Shown piece after piece: positions 39,273 to 51,316 of a DNA stretch of 64,000 nt. The translations under genes and the position numbers were made by a program. The DNA is from Paragordius varius (lineage: Eukaryota > Animalia > Nematomorpha), in NCBI GenBank assembly GCA_964247055.1, contig OZ176050.1:10168001-10232000 (forward strand). The letters run 5' to 3'. The notes under the pieces are model-generated. The model worked only from the letters and a program-made list of their open reading frames with translations. It searched no databases and was not told the origin of the DNA. Positions within the stretch are counted from its first letter, which is position 1. Each line of letters opens with the position of its first letter.

Positions 39273-41237
39273 CTATTTGGTTTTACACAAAGTCGATACT
39301 TTACGAAGGCTAATAATTGACACCAAACATCGGCTTGTACATCCCTGTTTAGTCGCCTAATATGTGTAAATATATATATTAGAAATTTCAGACTTTAACC
39401 AGATGTGATTCAACCTTGTTTAGAACTCTTTTCAAATCTTCGGGAATTCGCGGTTTTAATGTTTAAATTGTCCATTATAATATAAATGGGCGAAACTTGG
39501 TGCATTAACTTTTTTATTCATATAAACATAATTAACCCAATTTGTTTTAGCTCGGAAAAAATTAAATCCCAAATTAAACTGTAGATTTGATTTATACAAA
39601 TATTATCCTAGATTTTGAGTATAGCCATTTAGGTATTTTTTATAAATTAATTGTATAATTAAGGACATTGCTTTTTGTAAGTATATATAAAAATGATATC
39701 TATAATCCCAAGTCAAAAATATGGTTATATTGATGAGAACAAGCACAAAGTTATAATTCGTTTAGATTATATTTCTATATAGCTGAATGTTAAAATATTT
39801 ATACGTAATATATTAAACGGTAATTTAAATGGGTTTAAATGTTTCAATGTATATGTGAATTCGAGTCTTATCACAACTTAATTATCATATTCCATCGCCC
39901 AATTAAAAACATTTTTTTATAAATCATTTACCATAGTTAATAAATTTTATTTGACCAAATGTTTTTCTGATAGTATTTAAATAAAATGACATATACCCAT
40001 TTATTATGACATATTCATGATTGGGTCGACATTTGTTATCTTTCATAAGGTATTTGCAAGCATATAATATTACATAATTCTCGTTAGCTAACATAACACG
40101 ATAACTCCCCCGTTCATACAACTCTTTTTGTTCATTATAGTAATCGGAATGAATCCAACCCAGGTTTTCCGTATCAAACCAACTTTCCAATATTGAAGGC
40201 CCAATACATTGGTCATTACTAATCGATGCAAGAAATGTTTATCATTTAAATATATATATATATATATATATATTGTTGTAGAGTAGGTCATATTACAAAA
40301 ATATACCAGAGAAAAACTCTGTAATTCCTAAATATTTATATGATTTGCAAAAAATTATGTTTTGTCATGAACAATTTAAATGATTTGTCCTTAAACTATA
40401 TGATACACCATTATAAAGATTTCTTATGTATATAAAATAAATATCTTTTACTAAAATCCTGCATATTTGACTTGAAAGGACGAATTCGTTCGCGGAACAT
40501 GTTCCGTTATTCCAGAATCAAACAAATATTCATTGGGTGGGAGTATGTGAGCCAATGTTCTCCAATACCCCATAAACTTAAATTTATAAAAAATAGCAGA
40601 CCATTTTAATAAAGGTTTATGGTTAATAAATATATGGTAAATCCAGTAAAATTTGACCAAGTCATGTGTGTGGTTAAAAAAATAGGTAATTTCTAAGAAG
40701 TTAATACTTTGATGTTTAACAATGTTTTTTACGGTTAAAACACTCCTGAAATGTACATCGATATACATAAACTTTTTGTATTAGTAGAATGTAATGTAAG
40801 GCATGCAGTTAAGTTAATTTTCCTAAGATAAAGTTTCAAAAACTGTTATAAATTTTGCTAAGAGTTGCAGTTTAAGCTCAAGTTCGATACAACGAATTAA
40901 AAAAATATTTATTTTGCCTTCATAGATTAATAATTTGATTCATTTGTTAGATTTTGACAGAAATACATTTCAATTAGCGCATAGAATAAATTTTAAATAT
41001 CTGAATTTTTGAAAACAAATTAATCAAGCATACCTTATTATAATCAATATTCTTTTGGGGGCTTATATCATTGTCGTTGCATTGAGATTCTGAATTATCT
41101 TGCGGTTTGCAGAATATATTTGCTACCTTAAAAACTGATTAAAACTTAGATATCTATTTATACCCCAAATGTTTAAATAATACCAAAATTTTAAATAAAT
41201 ATAAAATTTAACCTGAAATTATATACAGAATCTTCAT
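39273..41237 (-). CDS. Secreted lipocalin, retinol-binding protein/purpurin-like
   Basis: Exons 41237-41213, 41134-41034, 40576-40452, 40218-39997, about 39460-39415 and 39356-39273 give a putative signal peptide MKILYIISVFKVANIFC, then QC...NIDYNKFMGYWRTLA (GxW motif), FDTENLGW, NYVILYACKYLMKDNKC and a C-terminal helix with Cys, paralleling recalled RBP4. The penultimate exon has an AC rather than AG acceptor. Confidence 0.72.
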
Positions 41238-42365
41238 TGATTGTTTTCATGGAATTCGATAATAATTAAAATTATTATAATTAATTATATTACCTTAGCA
41301 AATAACAAAATACTGTTTTTCGGCCTTCTTTCAACCTAAATAAAAAAATTGCTTGAAGATATATGCATGTCTTATTAAAAGTTATAATTACTGGATCATT
41401 AAATAGTAATTTTCGCTGAGATTATGTTTAAGCCAAAGCATTATATGAACTTTTATATTTAATGACACGATAATTAACACAAAAAATTTGAATGACAAAA
41501 ATATATTATTATCTAAGAAAAACTTATTATGCTCGGAAGTTGTTGTTTTTTGGAAAATATTTTTTTAAAATATTCGGACCTAAATCTTTTGCGGATATTT
41601 TATAGATTTGTAAACTTATATGCTTTATACATTTTCGATGATATAGAAAATTTAGACTTAGTGTGTTGAAGGACTAAATTTTTATTTAGTTAATATTATA
41701 AACATTATGGGCGATTACTAACAAAAGCTGTCGAAGGACTTGATTCCTGTAATATTTTAGACAACAGTCTTTATGTATCAATTAATTTAATATATATTAT
41801 TCTGTTTAGAAAAAAATGTTTTTTTCGGAAAATCGAAAGTATTTGATTTGCAATTTAATGGTGTCTTAATACACACTATAGTTGGTCAATTCGCAATACA
41901 TTAGTGTATAAAACAAAAAAAACTTTAATAAACAATTTTTCCTTTTTTACATCAGGAAGTTATTTTATTAAATATTTTGTTGTTTTTTTCTATACACTGT
42001 GTGTTGCAAATTTCCTAACATTGTGTGAAATAAGCAACCATTAATAAAATGCACACTATAGCAAAGGTATCTAACACAAATGACTTCACAAACCGCATTA
42101 TACGAAAATCCGGTCGGTTCATTTAAAAAATATTTAAACAATAGGGGTTTTAAGCTAAATTTTCACATCGATAGTAATTATGCTATAATTTTATAAGAGC
42201 AATGGTTTAAGTTATCAGGTAATAAATAAGCATATTATTTTTTTATCATAAAATCAGCTGTTTTTCGTCCATTTTAAGGACATTAGGCCATTTTGTGGGT
42301 TAAGGGTCTTTTGGATCTCTTAAAAACGTAATTAATACATTAAAATTTTCACTTTTTAACCATAA

Positions 42366-43815
42366 TCCACATATTTATAAAAATGAAAAATGCTGACTTT
42401 GTGATCTGTTTCCGGAAAACCAGTAGACTCACTCAAATCCAAATGTCGAAAAAATATAATCATTAATGAATGCCCCGACTATAGCTTCTCCCTTTTTGAT
42501 TCAGGCCCTCAGTTTGGAAAACGGTTTTTTTAGTCCACAAATAGGTGTTTTTGATACAATTTTCCGGAAAACGTGTTGGACCATTCGATTTCAAATGGAT
42601 TTTTTTTACTTTTTTTCGATTGCGCCAAACATGGTCAGCTCACTTTTTTAATTTAGGCCCTCTGTTTACCCGATTCCTCCTTAAAATGCCATTTTTTTCA
42701 AAAAAATTAAGTCCACAAAACTAATTTTTTGTATCTATTTTTCGCCAGGTATGAGACCGTAAAAACTTAATGAGGATTCTAGGTATTCCCTGTTGAAAGG
42801 CATAAATTTTAGTACGTTTTTTATATTGGCTGCTGGGTAAGGAGAAACCACTAAAACTGCCCCTTTATATCCAAATAGCGCGCCTTTGGGGCTAAATTTC
42901 AGAAAACCTCTCAGGCCATATTAATTCAATAGGTGCTTAAAATTTTACCATTAACAATGCAAAAATTTAGGTAGCGCGGTTTTCTAAAATTAGCCTTTAA
43001 TAAGTCCCTTCACGCCCTGAAAAATGCACCACCATAGAATGATTTTTTAGTTTTGAGGCAGTTTTTTCAAAAACCCATGAGAGCATATGGAGTCAATCAT
43101 TATTCCAGGTATTACCCAAATTAAGGCAAAAATTTTAATCAAGCGTTTTGTTTCGCACCTGGTTAGGGGACCCGAATAAAATGTCACCATATCGATACAG
43201 CATGCCTTTGGAGCCAAATTTGAGAAAACCTATGAGACTGATAAGAACACATGGAATCCATGATGATTTCTGATATTCCCCATATAAAGGCAAATATTTT
43301 GCCCAACGTTTTTTTATACCTGTCCCTGGGTAAGGAGCTACCCGCCAAAAACTGCCCCACTATATAGATATTGCGTAGTTTTGAACATAATTTAGTGAAA
43401 ATTTATGAAGCCATATGAGCTCATTAAAAGCTAGAAATATTATCCGTAACTAGGCATAAGGTTAGTGTTTTTTTAGCCGCTTAGGGCCTTATGACCTGAA
43501 AATACACCATCTTATAACAATTATTTAGTTTTGAGGTTTCGAATAGCCCATGTGGCGATCGTATCAAAAGTGATTCTAAATATTTGCCCTATAAAGAAAC
43601 GAATTTAACTCCGCGCTTTTTCCACATAGGCCTATGGGTAGGGGTCTACCGGTTTAAAACTGAGACCCCATACAAAAATGGGGTGGTTTTAGAGCTAATT
43701 TTCAAAAAACTTAAGAAGCCATACCAGTTCAATTAAACACATTTATGGGGAATCGACATATTGTTATTCTTTCTTTTGAGACTACGTCACAGCGAAGCGT
43801 GACAGGACCAGCTAG
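42366..43815 (+). mobile_element. Non-autonomous Helitron with alternative 3' end
   Basis: 5' A|TCCACATATTTATAAAAATG, 3' hairpin GTCACAGCGAAGCGTGAC and CTAG|T, with internal diverged tandem subrepeats. Confidence 0.85.
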
Positions 43816-43858
<43 letters not shown>

Positions 43859-43860
43859 AA
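43816..43860. repeat. (TA)n microsatellite abutting a Helitron 3' end
   Basis: TA run directly after CTAG. Confidence 0.9.
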
Positions 43861-44052
43861 TATATTAAGAAAATTTGGATTGTAGCATTTAGTTACATCA
43901 AAAAAAATTCAACATAATAAGTGCGATTATTACGATCGATTAATACAAAGTAATTGGAGAATCGATCAGGAAGGTGAGTATTGATAATTCCGATTCATAT
44001 GTGTAATTTTCTTTCGTTTTGTATCCTAAGATTATATATATATATAAATATA

Positions 44053-45621
44053 TTAGCGTAAATCTCGTGCTGCTACGCAGTCCGAGAGGGGGGGCTGGCT
44101 ATTTGAAAGGGACAATAAAATGATCCATATATATGGATATTTCGAAACATTAATCATTAGCTATGATCTAATAGGATTTTCAAAACGTTGCATTCATACT
44201 AATATAATGTTTACTGGTGTAAAGGCTCTAAATTGACGGCTAACGGAAAAAACCGCTATATTATAATTTTTACCTTTTTATGGGTAATATTTAAAGCCTT
44301 TATTGAACTCGTGTGGCTTCTTCAGTTTTAAACCGGGACCCCTACCCATAGGCCTATATGGAAAAAGCGCTAAATTAAATTTTTTGCCTTTATAGGGAAT
44401 ATTTGGAATCATCTTTGAGACCATCGTCTCATGGGTTAGTCGAAAAAAATACCTCAACACTAAATAATCGTTATATGATGGCGTATTTTTTGGGCATAAA
44501 GGCCCCAAATTAACGGTTAATAAAAAGAGGCCTGACCTAATTTTACCTAGTTACGGGTAATATTTCGAACTTTGATGAGCTCATATGGCATAAGTTTTAA
44601 ATTAGTTCCAAAACAACGCAATTCCTATATAGAGGCACCGTTTTTGGCCGGTGGCTTCTTACCCAGAGGCAGGTATAAAAAAGCGTCGGGAATAATTTTT
44701 CTTTTTATATGGGGAATATCTGGAATTATAATGTCCTGTTCCTATAAATTCTTGGAAATATTGCTTCAAAACCAAAATATTGTTCTCCGGCGGCGAATTT
44801 TTCAGGGCGTAAAACTTTTCTTAGCGACTCAATGATATAACGCCCTATACTAAAATAATTGTTTTTTAATGGGTATTAAATATTTTAGGCCCTTATTGAA
44901 CTCACATAATCTCCATATGTTTTTGTAAATTTGGCTCTAAAACATGTGGTATCGATATAGTGACGCATTTTTACGCGGGTGGCCCCCTAACCAAAGCCTA
45001 AACCACTAATTTAAAAATCCCCAGGACTTTATTTTTTGCCTTTTTACGGGTAATATTTCAGGCCCTTAAATATAGCCTGAGAGGTTTTTGAAATTTAGCC
45101 GCAAAAGCACGCTATTGTTATATGATGGGTCGGTTTTTACCAGGTATCTCCTTGCCCAGCAGCTATCATCAAAGAAACGCTTGACCAAAATTTAACAGGG
45201 AATACCTGGAATCCTTATTGAATTTTTACGGTCTCACACTTTGGGGGAATTTTTGGACATTTTTAAAAATATAACATTTTACGGGGGGAGCGGGTAAAAA
45301 GAGGGCCTAAATTAAAAAAGCGAGCCGACCATGTTCAGCGCAATCAAAAATAAGTTAAAAAAATCATATTAGAAATCGAATGGTTCAACACGTTTTCCGA
45401 TAAACTGTCTCAAAGACACCATTTTTGTGGACCTGTTTTCAAAAAACCCGTTTTTTACACGGGATGGGCCCGAACTGGGGACCTAATTCAAAAAAAGGCA
45501 AAGCTATTGTCGGGGCATTCATTATAATTATATTTTTTCGATATTTGGACTAGAATGGGTCTACCGGTTTTCCGGAAACAGATCACAAAGCTACCACTTT
45601 CCATTTTTATGAATATATAGA
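44053..45621 (-). mobile_element. Non-autonomous Helitron
   Basis: Minus-strand 5' A|TCTATATATTCATAAAAATGG and 3' ACTGCGTAGCAGCACGAGATTTACGCTAA (terminal CTAG changed to CTAA). Confidence 0.82.
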
Positions 45622-45699
45622 TAGATGATACAGTATGAGTAAGTATACATTTCTAGAAAGTCATTATTTCCAAATAGCATACATAATAAGGGCAATTTT

Positions 45700-46315
45700 A
45701 AAAAACCGCACCACCTAAGCTTATGTCTTGTTACGGGTAATATTTTAAGCAGCTTATTGAGCTCATATGGCCTGATAGGTTTTCTGAAATTTATCCCCAA
45801 AAGCACGCTATTTCTATATGACGGGTCGGTTTTTAGCGGGTATCTCCTTACCCAGCAGCTATCATCAAAGAAACGCTTGACTAAAATTTTTGTCTTGTAA
45901 CAGAGAATACCTAGACTTATTTGATAATTACGGTCTCATACTTTGGGGGAAAAATAGATTCAAAAAATTATTTTTGTGGACAATTTTTTTAAAAAAATGG
46001 CATTTTACGGGGGGAGCGGGTAAAAGGAGGGCCTAAATTAAAAAATCGAGCCGATCATGCTCGGAGCAATCAAAAATAAGTTAAAAAAAATCATATTTAT
46101 AATCGATAAGTCCAACACGTTTTCCGGGATATTGTCTCAAACACACGATTTTTGTGGATTTCAAAAAAACGGGGTGGGCCCGAACTGGGCACCTAAGTCA
46201 AAGGGCGAAGCTATTGTCGGGGCATTTATTAATGATTATTTTTGACATTTGGATTTGAGTGGGTCTACTGGTTTTCCGGAAACAGATCACAAAATCACCA
46301 TTTTTATAACTATAT
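45700..46315 (-). mobile_element. Partial Helitron copy (5' portion)
   Basis: Shares the GGGGGAGCGGGTAAAA, CCCGAACTGGG and CCGGAAACAGATCACAAA blocks with the other copies. Confidence 0.75.
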
Positions 46316-46900
46316 TATTATCGTAATATTTTAGTCCATAATTTTACGGTAAGATAGATATGGAATAAAAATTTGCCGTTGAAAGTGAATTAATAATTAG
46401 TTTACTTTGAAAATATACATATTTTTCATAAATTATTTTATTTACATATGATGGTTTGTGAAGTCTGGTAATACTTTAAATCACCTAGTTGATTTTTTAA
46501 ACAAGGATGCATAAAAATGATTGTAATTTCCAAAAGAGAGACCTTTTACCCGAAAGTAAGCCTTCATTTGATATATATTAGCCATAAATACTTATTTTTG
46601 ATTAAAATTGGGAGAAGTTGAAATTGTTTAATTATGTTCACACAAAATAATCGTTACGTATTTAAGTATCATTTTGGCTAGACAATTTATATGGTTATAT
46701 TTAAAATTAAGACAATATATATGTAAGGTTAGCAACATTATATGACCTCAACTTAATGTGTCATATCGAAACATTATACCAAATATAGGTTATAACTATT
46801 ATATAATATTATTATATTTCCGCTAAAAAAGTATTTCCACAAAAAGTTAAGCGTTTTTTAATATTAATTTTTTATTATTTAAAAGTATAATTTTTTACAA

Positions 46901-49895
46901 ATGCTTGGGTTTCCATTGTTTATTATTGCACTTCTATCCATAAAATGTGTGGTTATGATGGAAGATTTCGAAGGATATTCATACAAAACAAGTGTGCTTT
47001 TTTTAACTATTTTATTTTTAATAAATAAAAATCGATCAACATTTTTGTTGATTTTGTTTACAAATATTTTTCATTTTATCGAAATTTTTTAAAATTAAAA
47101 CCTACACGCATAAGTTTTTTCGAATGATTAACTACTACTTTTTTAAAAAAGAATAAGGGGCAATTATATTTTTATATCAAAATAGAAGGATGCCTTTTAC
47201 ACATTAATGAAAACTCGACCCAGCTATTTAAACCTGGGCCCTTTTCCATACCTAAACATTGCATGAAGTGTGATTGTAAAAGAATTGAAAAGAAAATATA
47301 TTTTTTCCAGTGTACAGGGTGAGTATTTTAATCTTCTATACCAAAAATTGAAACAATAACTGATTGACAAAAAAATTAGTAAAAATAGGAACACATATAA
47401 CCATTAATTGCTAGTTATTTTGATTAAATACCCGCATAAACAAAATACTGTAATCTCTTTCAACTATGTGGAAAAACGATTTAGTATTGCATAAACTTAT
47501 CATATCTCAAAAAAAATAAAATCTCGGACTTAACACTCCATGAACTTTTGGGGTAGTTTTGTATCCCAGAGCGATTCGAAATTTGAATTAAAAAGTATTT
47601 AATATATTAAGCCGAATTTAAAAATTGCTTTCTTCAGCCTTTTAAGCGCATCATTTTTTTTAAATAATCTCATCTCAAACATTTTCGTCGCCCTTTTTTC
47701 CTATAATTTTTTTCAGATCCGCTAATGCCACAGGCTAATAAATGTATATTATGGTTGGAAACTGCATTTCACCAATGATATAACTGTTCGTTTCAATCGT
47801 GTTTTGCAGTTGTCTTAAATTTAGACTTTTGAAATCATAAAACTGTAAAAAATATAAGCTTTTTATACATGAAAACAATATTTGATAAATGAATTTTGAC
47901 TAAATAAACTTCAAAACAGTAGTTTATTAGAAAATTGATTTCTGTATAAAACCACTCCAATATGACAATTAGGACAAAAAGTGAAATGGTCATGAAGTGT
48001 TAATTGAACTCACATTTCTTAGCACACCCAATATCATATATTCTGAAATTGACAAATCTTTGACTCACACAAAATTCTGAGAATGTTGTGATATATTTTA
48101 TTGCGTTTAAAGCCAAGGACAGCTATGTAGTGGACAACTCTAGCTACATAAATTCTAACTTTAAAATATTGAAAATAGATATAATGTATATCTATATATT
48201 TATAAAAATGGAAAATGCTGGCTTTGTGATCTGGTACAGGAAAACCGGTAGACCCAATCAAATCCAAATATCGAAAAAATATAATCATTAATAAATGTCC
48301 CGACAATAGCTTCGCCCTTTTTTTGAAATAGGCTCCCAGTTCGGGCCCACCCCGTATGAAAAACGGGTTTTTTTTGAAAACAGAAGTCCACAAAATCGTG
48401 TTTTTGAGACAATTTTCCGGAGAACGTGTTGGACCATTCATTTTCAAATATAATTTTTGTTTACTTATTTTCGATTGCGCCGAACATAGTCGAGCCACTT
48501 TTTTGATTTAGGCCCTCTTTTTACCCGCTCCCCCCGTAAAATGCCATTTTTTTCAAAAAACAAAGTCCACAAAAATAATTTTCTAAATCGATTTTTCGCC
48601 CTAGGTATGAGACCGTAAAAATTCAATAAAGATTCCACGTATTCCCTGTTAAAAGGCAAAATTTTAGAACACCGTTTATTTGATGATAGCTGCTGGGTAA
48701 GGAGCTACCCGCTAAAAACTGATTTTTCATATAACTTTGTGATCTGTTTCCGGAAAACCGGTGAACCCATTCAAATCCAAATATCGAAAAAATATAATCA
48801 TTAATGAATGCCCCGACAATAGCTTCGCCCTTTTTTGGAATTAGGTCCCCAGTTCGGGCCCACCCCGTGTGAAAATTGGGTTAAGTCAATTTTTTGGAGA
48901 ACGTGTTGGACCATTCAATTTCAAATATGAATTTTGTTTACTTATTTTTGATCGCGCTGAACATAGTCGAGTCGCTTTTTTGATTTAGGCCCTCTTTTTA
49001 CCCGCTACCTCCGTAAAATGCCATTTTTTTCAAAAAACAAAGTCCACAAAAATAATTTTCTAAATCGATTTTTCGCCCTAGGTATGAGACTGTAAAAATT
49101 CGAGAAAGATTTTTCGTATTGCCTGTTAAAAGGCAAAAATTTTAGTCAAGCGTTTCTTTGATGATAGATGCTGAGTAAGGAGTATCTATCATATGCATAG
49201 CATGTTAAAAGATATATGGATATTAATACATTATTTATCCTCATCTATATATTTATAAAAATGGAAAATGCTGGCTTTGTGATCTACAGGAAAAACGGTA
49301 GACCCATTCAAATCCAAACTTCGAACCCCCCCCCCCCCCAGAAGTCTGAAGGACTTCCTCGGGCTGCGTAGCAGCACGAGATTCACGCTAGTATATATAT
49401 ATATTTTATTGAATATATTCTACTGACGATTCAATTATAGAAACATTATCATCATTTTTAATAAAAACCGAATTTTTTGAATGTTAATAATACTTTAGAA
49501 AAATCAATGTCATTTTTATTTATGTTTCGCGTGTAAAAGTGTTCGAATTGCTATTCATATTGTATGATGCAGAAAAATGCTTAAAGATACTTAAATAATT
49601 AAGAGCTTTTATGAAACCATAATTAACTGGATAATATTTATTTTTCACCAAAAATATTTAGGGGAAAATTGTTCGTGGTGATATTCATAAATATAATTAA
49701 AAATAACAATCAAATCGGGTTTGTGCTTAATTGATATACCGTAAATATTAAACTATATTAATATATATTTTGAATAATATATACAGGTGTACAAAACTAA
49801 AACCGTATAATGTGACATGCTCAGGAACCGCCAACCTAGATTTACCATACCCAAACTGCTGTCCAATTTACGAATGTGCAACTAATAATTTATAA
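46901..49895 (+). CDS. Small secreted single-domain VWC (SVWC/Vago-like) protein, 110 aa, 3 exons
   Basis: Exons 46901-46991, 47186-47318 and 49787-49895 are phase-consistent (333 nt). A hydrophobic N-terminus is followed by GC...PGPF..PKHCMKCDC...QCTGC...TC...DLPYPNCCPIYEC; the YPxCCP-C ending is the SVWC signature. Confidence 0.85.
48191..49391 (+). mobile_element. Non-autonomous Helitron inside SVWC intron 2
   Basis: 5' A|TCTATATATTTATAAAAATGG, 3' GCTGCGTAGCAGC hairpin and CTAG|T. Two tandem units, plus a second 5' end at 49244. Confidence 0.88.
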
Positions 49896-50893
49896 TTTTA
49901 ACTGTGGAAAATATTATTTTATCGACAAAGCATACATATGGCTAATTAAAATAACGCATTTACAAATCATAGCATGGCAAATAAATAAAACTCCCCTAAA
50001 AACTCATTAGAATGAATATATTTATGGAATATTATTTAAACTAAATTTAATTAAACAAGTTTTAATTAGTGTTTATTTTTTTCATAATTACATAATTAAA
50101 TATTGAAATAATGTAAAATGTCGCATAAATTTTTTTAATGATAATTTATTATAAATGTCAATACAACCGCATTACACAGTGCACAAAAAAACTATTTTGA
50201 TAAAATATTATACTCGGGCAGAAAAGCGTACCAGGATTGGCGTGGTGCTTTTGGCTTTGGGTCTTAAGAGTCTTAAAAGATATTTGAACTTTTGTTTAAG
50301 TTAAATATAAATTCAGTTTTTAAGAAAATACCGTAAGAAGCGTATCTTCTCGATATTCTTAGGTGATGGAAATGTTCAGCATCATCGATTTAGAAAAATC
50401 ACAAATTTTCTGTTAACATCTCAAAAACACCCCAAAGAAAAAAATTTTAAGGATGCGCCTAGAAGGCTAAAGAAAGTTTATTAATTTGGGCACATCCAAT
50501 TTTAAAAGATTCAATGGCTTTAGAGTGTAAAACTCCACCAATATTTTATGATGTATATATTATACATGAAATTAAGCCATTGATCTAACCAATATCCTCA
50601 GCTCATTAAATCTGGCGTTTGTTTGGATTTGGCACCATGGGCAAATTGTCTAGAATTCCGGAATTCTTCCGTTATAATACTATTATTTAAAATATCCATC
50701 CTAAATATAATGGTATCTCGTTATCATTTATGGGTCTGAATAATAAATATTTGAATTGATAATGGCCGAATCAGCTCATCAAATGTGGTAATTCTCTGGA
50801 ATCTGGTATATACCTCAAAATCTCATATCTTTATTTAATTTATTTATTTTATACTCAATACCGATTTCTTACTTTATGATTTGATAATCTGCA

Positions 50894-51282
50894 GACAATT
50901 ATTATATCTTGGTCATATTCACAAAATCGAGGTTGATAGAAGGTCTTCCAAAAAAGTTCACCCCAGAAAGCGGTTGCATATGCTAAAAAGAGTTATTAAC
51001 CTTGCCTTTCCTCGAATGATTGGAGTTACACAAGACAAAGAATTATCTATGAGAGAGCTAAGAGCTGCTAAGCAACTAGAGCACACATTAAAAAAATTTA
51101 AAAGAAATGGAAAAAGGTTCGTCCTAACTTTTTACCAACAAACCTTTTAAAAATTTATATGAGTCGCTTAAAATAGGGCATAATATGTTATTGAGTTTAA
51201 AGTTATGACATTATATTTTTGGTCATACACTTCCGAAATCGGTGAAAAATATCCTGATGTTATATATATCAGAATATATATA

Positions 51283-51316
<34 letters not shown>

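Noticed and set aside
39080-39355. 94-codon minus-strand open frame (RLNRDVQ...)
   Set aside because: It overlaps the lipocalin last exon and 3' UTR in another frame, and has no start or recognisable motif.
50155-50310. Short ATG-initiated ORF as the first exon of the WD40 gene
   Set aside because: Part of it (about 50230-50275) matches the dispersed repeat motif GGTGCTTTTGG, and no phase-consistent path to 50894 was found.
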